Assembly: GCA_963808405.1 (NCBI GenBank)
Contig: CAWEFG010000003.1
Span: 44,564 to 108,563, forward strand
Source of the DNA: an uncultured Acidobacteriaceae bacterium
Lineage (GTDB): Bacteria; Acidobacteriota; Terriglobia; Bryobacterales; Bryobacteraceae
Length of the DNA: 64,000 bases
Direction of reading: 5' to 3'
The notes under the pieces: model-generated
Seen by the model: the letters and a program-made list of their open reading frames with translations, nothing else
What the model was told of the DNA's origin: nothing
Databases searched by the model: none
Shown here: one piece after another, positions 28,059 through 37,154 of the stretch
How positions within the stretch are numbered: the first letter of the stretch is position 1
How the letters are laid out: each line of letters opens with the position of its first letter
Position numbers and translations under genes: made by a program

Positions 28059-28451
28059 ATGTTCAACGCATGGAAGCGCGAATGCAACGTCGAAATGCGC
28101 TCAATCTGCCTGGAAGCTGCCGCTGTCGTCTTCATCAAACAATGGGAAGTCCGGCTGCAACGCACGCTTTCCTATCACGATTGGATGGTCCGCGATTTCT
28201 TCGCATTCCTTCTTCGTTATCAGTCAACCGGATCGTGGGCAAAACCGGCTGGTATTGACGAACTCATTCCCCTTGGCGACAAATGGCAAAGCAAAGCGCT
28301 CACCGCGTACACAAATGCCGTCAAAGCTAGTGAACTCGAAAATCCCGATGAGATCGTCGAAGCCCCGTCACGCTGGGCGAAGATTTTCGGTAATCAGTTT
28401 GAGGCGAGCTGGATGTCATCGATGCGAGCATTGCTTCCCAAGCGTGCGTGA
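28059..28451 (+). CDS. Hypothetical protein (orphan)
   Basis: 130-aa reading from ATG 28059 (MFNAWKRECNVEMRS...). Codon third positions look coding-like. No motif recognised. The Arg-rich 5' extension of the listed ORF was rejected. Confidence 0.35.
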   Translation: MFNAWKRECNVEMRSICLEAAAVVFIKQWEVRLQRTLSYHDWMVRDFFAFLLRYQSTGSWAKPAGIDELIPLGDKWQSKALTAYTNAVKASELENPDEIVEAPSRWAKIFGNQFEASWMSSMRALLPKRA

Positions 28452-28683
28452 ACAGAGACATCCAATTCATTCTGGCCACCGCGGGAGCTGTACGGGAGGG
28501 CGGTTTACAGCCATAACGTTCATGCAGTCGAACGGGAGTTACGATCTCGTTCCCTCGCGCCATGAACATCGTCAATATCGCGCTGGCGGCGATGACGACC
28601 ATTCTCGCTGTCAGATCCGCATCCCTCAAGCCGGCCGACGACCTCCCTCAAACATCGAGAACTCCACGCGTAAAGCGCAGAAG

Positions 28684-29667
28684 CTACGTCCGCTTTTTTC
28701 GCCGCAGCGGGGCCGTGCTGGCGCGCTCCGGCGTCTGCTGGTCTGAGGCTGCGGGCTTCTTCAGATTCGCCAGGCTCCTGCGGAGCGCGTCGGCGATGTC
28801 CACGACCTCCGCTGATTTCTGAGGCGCTTCCGCTCGCGCCACCGGCTGGCCCTGAACCTTTTTCGCGATGATCGATTCCACCCTTTCCCGATACGTGTCT
28901 CGATACTTCTCCGGCTCGAAAGGCCCAGCCAGCGAGTGGATCAGCGTCTGCGCTAAATCCAGCTCTTTTTCCGCAACCGCGCTTGTGTCCGTCCGATATT
29001 CCTCGTCAGCTCGCACTTCCGAGCTGAAAAACATTGTATGCGCGAGAACCCCCGTCTTGCCGGGACGCAAAACGACGACGTGCTCCCGATTATGCATAGC
29101 GAATTGCGCAATTGCAACCAATCCGGTCTGCTGCATGGAACGGTACAGAAGCGCGTATGCCTTCTCACCCGCTTGTTCCGGTGTTAGGTAATAGGAAGTC
29201 TCGAAATACACCGGATCGATTTCGGCAAGCTGCACGAATTCCTGAATTTCCATTTCTGTGGAGGTGCTGCGGGCCGCACTCTTCAATTCCTCGGGCTCGA
29301 TGACAACAAAACGATTCTTCTCATATTCGTACCCTTTCACCACTGACCGTTCCGGGAGCACCTCGTCCGTTCCCTTGCGTACCGAGACCTGCTGAACAGG
29401 TGTCAGAATAGGTGTCGGTTGCTCCTCGCGCGCAGCACGAGTTCCGGGGGAATTCATTGGGGTGACGAGTGGTTGGTCTCCATACGCCACTCGTTTCAGC
29501 GGCGCAACAGTAAAGGACTCTTGCCGCGGACGTTCGGCCGCTTGTCTCGGCTCTTCGCGATAAAGTCGCCGGAAGCTGACCTTCTCCGCGCGCGCGGCGC
29601 GAAAGAGCCGTACAGGAATTGAGATCAGACCAAAAGTGATGTAGCCACGCCACACAGTCGAAGCCAT
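28684..29667 (-). CDS. ku: Ku protein (bacterial NHEJ DNA-end-binding protein)
   Basis: From ATG 29667: MASTVWRGYITFGLISIPVRLF..., VVKGYEYEKNRFVVIEPEEL, PVYFETSYYLTPEQAGEKAYALL, VAIAQFAMHNREHVVVLRP, and a basic C-terminal tail. Classical Ku core. Confidence 0.85.
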   Translation of the reverse strand: MASTVWRGYITFGLISIPVRLFRAARAEKVSFRRLYREEPRQAAERPRQESFTVAPLKRVAYGDQPLVTPMNSPGTRAAREEQPTPILTPVQQVSVRKGTDEVLPERSVVKGYEYEKNRFVVIEPEELKSAARSTSTEMEIQEFVQLAEIDPVYFETSYYLTPEQAGEKAYALLYRSMQQTGLVAIAQFAMHNREHVVVLRPGKTGVLAHTMFFSSEVRADEEYRTDTSAVAEKELDLAQTLIHSLAGPFEPEKYRDTYRERVESIIAKKVQGQPVARAEAPQKSAEVVDIADALRRSLANLKKPAASDQQTPERASTAPLRRKKRT

Positions 29668-29761
29668 TTTGCCCTCTACTAGTGGGATTTCAAGGGCCCA
29701 AAACAGTTTCATTGCAGGGTTGCAATGCCGAACTCCGCTACCCTGAAGCGGGACTCCGATT

Positions 29762-30568
29762 TTGACGTTACAGCGCCTGTGGCCCTCATCCCTCATAGCA
29801 TTCGCTCTCGCGGCGTCTCAACTGTCCGCGCAGTTCACGACCACGCTACAGCCGCGCACAGTCGTAGAATTCGATCAATACGCGGCTAAGGTGGAACAGC
29901 AGCTGTCCAACCGTTGGCACGGCGAACGCCCGTTTCTTTCGATCGAGGATAACCCGTCTGAGCATGAGCAGGTCTTGCGCGGAGACCTGGTTATCCGCCC
30001 CGGCACGCCGGCCAATCCTGTCGCGATCTCAAATGGATTGATTCACGATTGGACGGGCGCGATTTTCATGCCAAACACGACCGTGACCAAGGTTCTGGCG
30101 ATTCTGCAGGACTTCGATCGGCACTCGCAAATCTATCCGGAAATCATCAGTTCCCATTTGCTCCGGCGCGAGGGAAACGATCTGTGGGGGTATTGGCGCT
30201 TGCAGCGAAAGGATCAGGTCGTTCCTGTCGTACTCGACGTCAACGAAGAAGCGCATTATCGGGAAGCTGGGCCAGGCAAATGGATTTGCCGCGCCTACGC
30301 AAAAGATATTTCAGAAGTCGAAAACCCTGGAACCCCACGTGAAAAGAAATGGCCGGCGGGGCAAGGCACCGGATTTCTGTGGCGGCTTTACGCCTACTGG
30401 AGCATTGAAGCGGCAAACGGCGGCGTTTTGGCCGAGTGCCGCACGCTCTCTTTATCGCGGAGCATTCCCGCTGCCCTGTCCTGGGCCATCAAGCCGTTTG
30501 TGCAGACACTCCCCCGTGAATCTCTGGCTTCAACGCTGCGGAACACGCGCGCGGCAGCGGCAAAATAG
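29762..30568 (+). CDS. Secreted hypothetical protein (possibly SRPBCC/START-like fold)
   Basis: 268 aa, TTG start, signal peptide LIAFALAASQLSAQ. No catalytic motif recognised. Confidence 0.45.
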   Translation: MTLQRLWPSSLIAFALAASQLSAQFTTTLQPRTVVEFDQYAAKVEQQLSNRWHGERPFLSIEDNPSEHEQVLRGDLVIRPGTPANPVAISNGLIHDWTGAIFMPNTTVTKVLAILQDFDRHSQIYPEIISSHLLRREGNDLWGYWRLQRKDQVVPVVLDVNEEAHYREAGPGKWICRAYAKDISEVENPGTPREKKWPAGQGTGFLWRLYAYWSIEAANGGVLAECRTLSLSRSIPAALSWAIKPFVQTLPRESLASTLRNTRAAAAK

Positions 30569-30640
30569 AACTCGAACGAAACGCATGTTTGTGTAGCACT
30601 TGCTTACCGTCGAGCGTCCATTGGGAAAGGATCATCGAAC

Positions 30641-30835
30641 ATGACAGACGCCCAGAGCCGCAACCTGAAATTCGCCTATTTCGTGCTGGGAATCTCTTTA
30701 CCGATAGCTGCGTATGCGTTCTGGCCGAATATCGCGCGTCTTTGGTCCTGCGGTAGAAAAGAACGTGTCGACAAAGCCCACGACATCACGGTCGAGGACA
30801 GTTTTCCCGCTAGTGATCCGCCTTCCGCCTGGTGA
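30641..30835 (+). CDS. Small membrane protein with C-terminal SFPASDPPS motif
   Basis: 64 aa. One TM helix (FAYFVLGISLPIAAYAFW). C-terminus EDSFPASDPPSAW. Confidence 0.4.
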   Translation: MTDAQSRNLKFAYFVLGISLPIAAYAFWPNIARLWSCGRKERVDKAHDITVEDSFPASDPPSAW

Positions 30836-30873
30836 TCTTGATCCACGCGCTTTCCGCTATACTGAAGCTCAGA

Positions 30874-31434
30874 ATGGATCAAAAAAAGCCTTCCTTTCAG
30901 CCCCTTGCTTTCACGCTAACTGTGGCGGCGGCCCTGTTGCGGCTTGTGCCGCATCCTCCAAATTTCGCTCCCGTAGGCAGTGTCGCTTTGTTCGGGGGCG
31001 CCAAGTTGCGTGGTTGGCAGGCCTACTGCGTACCCGTGCTCGCAATGTTGGTGACGGATCCGATTCGCAGCCGATTAGAAGGAAATTACGCTCCATACTC
31101 TTGGGCAACTCTGATCATTTACGCATCGTTTTTGATTAACGTCGCCCTGGGCCGGATCTTCCTCCGGCGTTCTTCGAGTGCCGTGAAGATCGCCTCTATC
31201 GCGGTCGCCGGCAGCGTTCAGTTCTACCTCATCACGAATTTCTTTGAGTGGCTAGCAGGCCTATCCCTCTACGCGCACACCGTCCCAGGATTGATTGCGT
31301 GCTATGTTGCCGCGCTGCCATTCTTCGGCCGAACCCTGCTTGGAGATTTGTTCTACACGGGCGTTTTGTTTACCGCGTACGCGCTTCTGAGGCGGCGAGT
31401 ACCTGCTGAGAATCGAACACTCTCGGCCGCGTAG
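30874..31434 (+). CDS. Integral membrane protein (DUF6580-like)
   Basis: From ATG 30874: MDQKKPSFQPLAFTLTVAAALLRLVPHPPNFAPVGSVALFGG..., with about 5 TM segments. Family name is from memory. Confidence 0.5.
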   Translation: MDQKKPSFQPLAFTLTVAAALLRLVPHPPNFAPVGSVALFGGAKLRGWQAYCVPVLAMLVTDPIRSRLEGNYAPYSWATLIIYASFLINVALGRIFLRRSSSAVKIASIAVAGSVQFYLITNFFEWLAGLSLYAHTVPGLIACYVAALPFFGRTLLGDLFYTGVLFTAYALLRRRVPAENRTLSAA

Positions 31435-31442
31435 CTATTCTC

Positions 31443-33392
31443 TTGCGCCACAGACTAGTCGCATTCGCGATACTCTGCGCCGCGCTATGCCGGATAGCGG
31501 GCGCGGCGGTTACCTCTGTAGAGTTGATCAGCCGCACGAACGTGCTCAACGGAGCGCCGTTTGGCAAAACCGGCGCGTATGAGTGCATCGTCGCAAAAGT
31601 TCACTTTGCTGTCGACCCAAAGCTCGCGGCGAACCGAATTATTGCCGATATCGATCTCGCGTCAAAAGCGAAGAATGGACTGGTTGAGTTTTCCTCCGAT
31701 CTCTACATGCTTAAGCCGCGGAATCCGGCAAACGGTAACGGTACGGCTCTGGTGGAAATATCGAATCGCGGCGGCAAGGCGCTGCTTAATGAATTCGATT
31801 TTGCTCGCGGCCAGTTGAGTCCGACCTCCCCGGAAACTTTAGGCGACGGCTTCTTGCTTCAGCAGGGTTTCACGCTGGTGTGGGTGGGATGGGAGTTCGA
31901 CGTTCCATCGCGGCCCGGCCTCCTGCGTGCGGATCTTCCGATTGCGATAAATCGCGACACCCCCATTACGGGCGTGGTCCGATCGGAATGGATAGGCGAC
32001 CAGACAGAACAAATCATTCCCTTGGGCGATAAGGGACAGACCGGTTACGCGGTGTCGGATGTGAACTCACGCGAGAATAAATTGTTCGTCCGGGATAGTG
32101 TGATGGGTCCCCGCACGTTAATTCCGCGTTCGGATTGGAAATTCAGCGATCCCACGCATGTTTCCTTGGAGGGCGGGTTTACACCCGGCCGCATATACGA
32201 AGTCGTGTACCGGGCGAAGGACCCGGTTGTTGCGGGTCTGGGCCTCGCCGCGGTAAGAGACTTCGTTTCCTTTCTGAAATACGGAGGAGTGAAAACTGCG
32301 CTCGACGAGCAGCCCTTGAAGCGAGCCTTAGGTTTCGGTGTCTCGCAAAGCGGGCGCTTTCTACGAGAATATCTCTACGATGGCTTCAATGAAGATGAGC
32401 TTCATCGACAGGTATTCGATGGCGTTTGGGCGCATGTCGCAGGCGCTGGCCGAGGCAGCTTCAACCAGCGCTTTGCGCAGCCTTCGCGAGATGGTCATGC
32501 CTTCCTGAATGTGTTCTATCCCGTGGACATTCCACCCTTTGACGAAGAGCACCTTCTCGACAAATCGCACCGGGCACATGTCGTGCCGAAGCTGTTTCTG
32601 ACGAACGGCTCTTATGAGTATTGGGGCCGCTGCGCCTCTCTGATTCACACCACAGCGGATGGAAAGGCCGACGCTCCTCCATCTGGCGCGACCCGTATCT
32701 ACTTTTTCTCCGGATCGCAGCACACCACCGGCTCCATTCCACCGCGCGCGGCGCCGGCGCAGAATCTGACGAACACGAACGATTACCGGTACGGGTTGCG
32801 TGCGCTTCTGATAGCCATGCAGAATTGGTTGAAGGATGGGACTGAGCCTCCGCCATCGCAGTTTCCCCGGTTGGCGAAAAGCGAGCTCACGTCGATCGCA
32901 GCATTGAGATTTCCAAAAATCCCCGGTGTGAACATCCCGCGGCACAAACGCGAAGCCTATCGTCTCGATTTCTCAGTGGAACCACCGGAAACCGGTGCGC
33001 CATTCCCTACATTCGTGCCGCAAGTGGACGCAGACGGAAACGACCTCGGCGGAATCAAGATGCCTGAGGTCGCAGTACCCTTGGCTTCTTACACCGGTTG
33101 GAACTTGCGAAGCCCGTCCATTGGAGCACCGGCGGAGTTGCTCAGTTTCGTAGGCTCGTGGATTCCATTTGCTCGAACTCACGAGGAAGGCGTTCAGACA
33201 GGCGACCCAAGGCCCTCAATCGCGGAGCGCTACGCGTCTGAGGAGCAGTACCTCGACGCCATAGATAAGGCCAGCGACGCGCTGGTTCGCCAAGGCTATG
33301 TTCTCCAGGCCGATATCTCGTTACTTCACGAGCGCGCGGCTAAGGAATGGGAATTTCGCGAGAAATTTACTCGTACCGCAACGCCTCAGTAG
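31443..33392 (+). CDS. Large secreted hypothetical protein (possible alpha/beta-hydrolase-like)
   Basis: 649-aa ORF with a signal peptide (LVAFAILCAALCRIAGA). Contains GVSQSGRF, a possible G-x-S-x-G nucleophile elbow. Otherwise unassigned. Confidence 0.5.
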   Translation: MRHRLVAFAILCAALCRIAGAAVTSVELISRTNVLNGAPFGKTGAYECIVAKVHFAVDPKLAANRIIADIDLASKAKNGLVEFSSDLYMLKPRNPANGNGTALVEISNRGGKALLNEFDFARGQLSPTSPETLGDGFLLQQGFTLVWVGWEFDVPSRPGLLRADLPIAINRDTPITGVVRSEWIGDQTEQIIPLGDKGQTGYAVSDVNSRENKLFVRDSVMGPRTLIPRSDWKFSDPTHVSLEGGFTPGRIYEVVYRAKDPVVAGLGLAAVRDFVSFLKYGGVKTALDEQPLKRALGFGVSQSGRFLREYLYDGFNEDELHRQVFDGVWAHVAGAGRGSFNQRFAQPSRDGHAFLNVFYPVDIPPFDEEHLLDKSHRAHVVPKLFLTNGSYEYWGRCASLIHTTADGKADAPPSGATRIYFFSGSQHTTGSIPPRAAPAQNLTNTNDYRYGLRALLIAMQNWLKDGTEPPPSQFPRLAKSELTSIAALRFPKIPGVNIPRHKREAYRLDFSVEPPETGAPFPTFVPQVDADGNDLGGIKMPEVAVPLASYTGWNLRSPSIGAPAELLSFVGSWIPFARTHEEGVQTGDPRPSIAERYASEEQYLDAIDKASDALVRQGYVLQADISLLHERAAKEWEFREKFTRTATPQ

Positions 33393-34572
33393 GATTCAAT
33401 TGCGAAGCGCGGCGCGCGGGCAGCAGACCGAAACCAACGCCCACCGTGAATGACACCGCAAACGCTACCAGCACGGAAACGGGGGAAATGGGCACGCGAA
33501 ACTGTTCGGTGAATAGCCGCACGCTCAACGGCAGCGCGAGACCGACAATGATCCCGATTACGCCTCCCGCCAGGCTGATCAGCACCGCCTCTACCAAAAA
33601 TTGCACCATCACTTCGCGGCGCGATGCACCGACTGCCATGCGCAAGCCAATCTCGCGGGTGCGCTCAGTGACGGTCACCAGCATGATGTTCATGATTCCG
33701 ATTCCGGAAATGATCAGCGCGATGGCGGAAACGACTACGAGCACAACGGTCAGTACATTGGCGATTTTGTCGGCTGTATCGAGGATCGCGCTTAGGTCCT
33801 GCACGTTGTATTTCGCTCCCGCGCGGTGACGCCTCTCGAGAATGTCGTTCACTTCCTGACGAACCGCCGGCACATCGGCTGCATTGCGCACCTCTACGTA
33901 GACCGGCTCGATGCGCTCGTACTGCATGAAGTACTTCATCACGGTAATCGGAATCAAGATGGTTTCATCCGTGATCTCGCCTTGACCGAACGTGCTGGTC
34001 TTCTCACGGAAAGTGCCGATCACCGTGAATTGCAGTTGACTGATCTTAATAGTCTGCCCTAACGATGCATCCTGGCTGCCAAAAATCCGGATAGCAAGCT
34101 TGTCGGTCAGCATGGCCACGCGCTCGCGCAATGTCAGATCGCTTTCATCGAACGCGCGGCCGCGCAGAACCAGCAGGTTCCGCACGCGCGCATAGTGCTC
34201 GTCCACTCCGTCGATGGTGACCTCGCGAACCTTGCCATTCACGACAATCTGATCGTTAGTAGTCATGACCGCCGATGCGGCAATAATTGTGCTGCCCAGT
34301 GTGTCGCGTATCGCTTGCACATCGGCGAGTTTCACGAAGTCGGCTTGCACTCGGGCGGTATTCTGCCCACCCGCTTCGTAATCCGCATAAACCAGATTCG
34401 ATCCGATGCCCCGAATCTGGTCAAGAATCAAGTCTTTGCTCGCGAGGGAAATAGTGACCACGAGAATAACGGACGCATTCCCGATAATTAAGCCGAGCGC
34501 GGTCAGGAATGTGCGCAGCCGGTTGGCCCGCAATGCTTGCAGACTGAAGTTGATCGCCTCGGCGAGATTCAT
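33367..34572 (-). CDS. MacB-type ABC transporter permease (MacB_PCD + FtsX domains)
   Basis: LRANRLRTFLTALGLIIGNASVILVVTI at the N-terminus, a periplasmic domain, then REIGLRMAVGASRREVMVQFLVEAVLISLAGGVIGI and a C-terminal PARRASQLNPTEALRYE. Confidence 0.85.
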   Translation of the reverse strand: MNLAEAINFSLQALRANRLRTFLTALGLIIGNASVILVVTISLASKDLILDQIRGIGSNLVYADYEAGGQNTARVQADFVKLADVQAIRDTLGSTIIAASAVMTTNDQIVVNGKVREVTIDGVDEHYARVRNLLVLRGRAFDESDLTLRERVAMLTDKLAIRIFGSQDASLGQTIKISQLQFTVIGTFREKTSTFGQGEITDETILIPITVMKYFMQYERIEPVYVEVRNAADVPAVRQEVNDILERRHRAGAKYNVQDLSAILDTADKIANVLTVVLVVVSAIALIISGIGIMNIMLVTVTERTREIGLRMAVGASRREVMVQFLVEAVLISLAGGVIGIIVGLALPLSVRLFTEQFRVPISPVSVLVAFAVSFTVGVGFGLLPARRASQLNPTEALRYE

Positions 34573-34592
34573 CTCATCTGCGGAATAGACGT

Positions 34593-35456
34593 CTAAGTGC
34601 CGCCGGCCTGCTTCAACAAACGGGCGGCGTCTTCTTTGGGCGGATCGTCGACCGTGATCGGCGCCTGCATGTATTTCTGAAGAAGAAGCTTCGCTTCGTC
34701 CAGGTTGCGCTTCTGTTTCACCAGGACATCCGCCCGCGCATACCAGATCTTAGGCGCGTTCGGCGCCACCTTCTGCGCTTCGAGGAACACCGCATCGCTT
34801 TCCCGCGTGCGCCCTTCGTCGGCCAACAACTTAGCCAGCGCGATCAGGTGACCGATCTCGCGAGGGGCAATGGCGATCGCTTTACGCAGATGTTGCTCGG
34901 CGGCGCCGAACTCGTTGCGTTTTTGCGCCAGTTGTGCCTTTAAGAAGAAGTCTTCGGCCGGATCGACGGCAGAAATCCGGTCCGCCACTCTCACCGCTTT
35001 GTCATAGCCGCCGCCCAGGAACCCCGGCGCTTCCAAGTAGTAGTCGAACAGATCGCTCAGCGCATCGCTGTTTGTCGGGTCGAGTTCTACCGATTTCTCA
35101 AACGCCTGCCGGGCCTTGGACGCAAGCGCGGGCGCCAGCAGCGGATTCGATGTCTCGGCCCGTTTCCCATATACGCGCCCCACCCAATCCATGTACTCGC
35201 CGTTCTTCGGCTGCAAGAGCGCCGCCTTCTGTAAGTAGTCACTGGCCTGCTTGAAATTCGCCAGCATGAAATAATCACGGCCTATCAGGAACTGGGTCCT
35301 CGAATCGGCGCTCTGCTTGTCCAGCAGCGCCAGAGATGCTCCGTAAGCTGTTCGCGTGTACAGCTCCTCCGCTTTGGTGAGAGTCTGGGCACGCGCGGGC
35401 CACGCGCATATCGCGAGTGCGGCTAAGGACACCAGTGAACCTATGCCACGAACCAT
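34593..35456 (-). CDS. Secreted TPR-repeat protein
   Basis: 287 aa with a signal peptide. Repeated 34-aa A/Y/L-rich helical repeats (e.g. AQLAQKRNEFGAAEQHLRKAIAIAP). Confidence 0.7.
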   Translation of the reverse strand: MVRGIGSLVSLAALAICAWPARAQTLTKAEELYTRTAYGASLALLDKQSADSRTQFLIGRDYFMLANFKQASDYLQKAALLQPKNGEYMDWVGRVYGKRAETSNPLLAPALASKARQAFEKSVELDPTNSDALSDLFDYYLEAPGFLGGGYDKAVRVADRISAVDPAEDFFLKAQLAQKRNEFGAAEQHLRKAIAIAPREIGHLIALAKLLADEGRTRESDAVFLEAQKVAPNAPKIWYARADVLVKQKRNLDEAKLLLQKYMQAPITVDDPPKEDAARLLKQAGGT

Positions 35457-35600
35457 TCCTTACATCCGATGCTGCCTAAGCGCTAGAGGTTGCCGGAACC
35501 TGGCATATCAACCAATATCTGTTGTATTCTGCTTCACTTAAACCCCAAAACGATATAGTATTCTTAGGCGGAAATTCGGAAAACAGGAGAGGAAAACATT

Positions 35601-36788
35601 ATGCTCGCCCCGTTGCGACGTGCGCTGTTTCTAAGCGGTTTCGTTGTCCTGATGGCCGGCACTACTTGGGCCCAGACTACTACTCTGGAAGGCGACGTAA
35701 AGGACCAGAATGGCCAGCCTTTGAAGGGTGCCGTCGTAAAACTGGACCGCACCGATATCAAAGGCCATTACCAGGTGAAGTCGGACAAGAAGGGCCACTG
35801 GCTCTACACGGGCCTGCCGTTCGGGAAGTACGACGTCTCCTGCGAAGTAGATGGCCAGGTAGTCGACAAGGTAAGCGGCGTGCAATCGAAGTATGGCGAT
35901 TCTACCGTCGTCAATTTCGATTTGAGCAAGCTGAAACAGCAGAAGGCGGCAGCGGCTCCGGCGAACGCAAACGGGGAACTGACTCCCGAGCAGGAGCGCG
36001 GGATGAGCAAGGAGCAGAAGGCGCAGTACGAGGCGCAGATGAAGCAACGCTCCGAGCAGATGAAGAAGAACAAGGCCCTCAACGACGCGTATAACGCGGG
36101 TAAAGACGCGCTTACCGCAGCGGGCGCGGAGCAGGACAAAGCAAAGAAGGCGGCCGATTTTCAGACCGCTGTCGACAACTTCCAAAAGGCCTCTGAGATG
36201 GACGCCACGCAGGAGGCTGTGTGGGCCGGGTTAGGGGATGCGTACTACGGCCTCGGCCAGGCGCAAACCGGTGACGATAAGACAAAATCGTTTGACGCAG
36301 CGCTTGCGGCATACAACAAGGTGTTAGGCATAAAGCCGGATGAAGCTCCCATCTATATCCAGATCGGCAATATCTATGGAGCCGAGAAAAAGATCCCCGA
36401 GGCGACCGAAGCGTTGACCAAGGCCGTTCAGCTGGATCCATCGTTGGGGAAAAAAGCATATTTCAACATGGGCGCGAACCTCGTCAATAGCGGCCAGCCT
36501 GACAAAGCAACGGAGTTCTTCAAAAAAGCGACGGATGCCGATCCCACCTACGCCGAGGCTTGGTATCAGTATGGAAGTTTGCTGATGATGAAGGGCGCGG
36601 TTGATCCGAAGACCGGCCAGCAGTCGTATCCACCGGATACGGCCCCCGCATTGCAGAAGTATCTTCAATTAGACCCGAATGGGGCGCACGCGCAAGAAGC
36701 GACGGCGATGTTGCAGGCCATGGGCGAAAAGGTGGAGACAAAGGTAAGCAATCCGAGCGCCACGAAGAAGAAGAGACCGCCGCAATAA
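35601..36788 (+). CDS. Secreted carboxypeptidase-regulatory-like domain / coiled-coil / TPR protein
   Basis: Good SD (aggagaggaaaacattATG). N-terminal LEGDVKDQNGQPLKGAVVKLDR...GKYDVSCEVDG (CarboxypepD_reg-like). C-terminal TPR repeats. Confidence 0.65.
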   Translation: MLAPLRRALFLSGFVVLMAGTTWAQTTTLEGDVKDQNGQPLKGAVVKLDRTDIKGHYQVKSDKKGHWLYTGLPFGKYDVSCEVDGQVVDKVSGVQSKYGDSTVVNFDLSKLKQQKAAAAPANANGELTPEQERGMSKEQKAQYEAQMKQRSEQMKKNKALNDAYNAGKDALTAAGAEQDKAKKAADFQTAVDNFQKASEMDATQEAVWAGLGDAYYGLGQAQTGDDKTKSFDAALAAYNKVLGIKPDEAPIYIQIGNIYGAEKKIPEATEALTKAVQLDPSLGKKAYFNMGANLVNSGQPDKATEFFKKATDADPTYAEAWYQYGSLLMMKGAVDPKTGQQSYPPDTAPALQKYLQLDPNGAHAQEATAMLQAMGEKVETKVSNPSATKKKRPPQ

Positions 36789-36842
36789 TGGCGGTCGCAA
36801 GGGCACATTCGAGATGCCCTGAACGCTCCTGAGAAGTTCCTG

Positions 36843-37151
36843 ATGTTTCGTGCTCTGATCGAGTTACTGTTTACAATTCTGATCGCGCTGTTGGCTCGCG
36901 CAGTATTCCGGAGTGTGCTCAGAGGTTTCGGGAACGCGGCCTCACAAGCCTTTCGAGATCGCGTTGCACAGGGTAGGCCAGGTTCGGCTCCGGGCGCGCC
37001 CCCCACTTCTCAGGGTGGTGAGCTTCATAAGGATCCGGTCTGCGGCACATATGTTGCCGAGTCGACACCGTTCCGCAGCCAGATAGCCGGTCAAAGCTTC
37101 TATTACTGCTCAGAGAATTGCCGCGAGAAGCACGCCCTGGTGGCTCGTTAG
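36843..37151 (+). CDS. Membrane-anchored YHS-domain protein
   Basis: N-terminal TM helix. C-terminal HKDPVCGTYVAESTPFRSQIAGQSFYYCSENCREKH (YHS/TRASH-like metal-binding module). Confidence 0.7.
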   Translation: MFRALIELLFTILIALLARAVFRSVLRGFGNAASQAFRDRVAQGRPGSAPGAPPTSQGGELHKDPVCGTYVAESTPFRSQIAGQSFYYCSENCREKHALVAR

Positions 37152-37154
37152 AAC

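Noticed and set aside
29668-29796. 43-codon N-terminal extension of the Ku ORF
   Set aside because: Ku homology starts at MASTVWRGYITFG (ATG 29667). The extension would overlap the divergent gene starting at 29762.
26492-29800. Intact prophage or integrative element at tRNA-Phe
   Set aside because: No integrase, excisionase, structural or conjugation genes are present, and I found no direct repeat of the tRNA 3' end by eye. Only a small remnant-like islet is supported.
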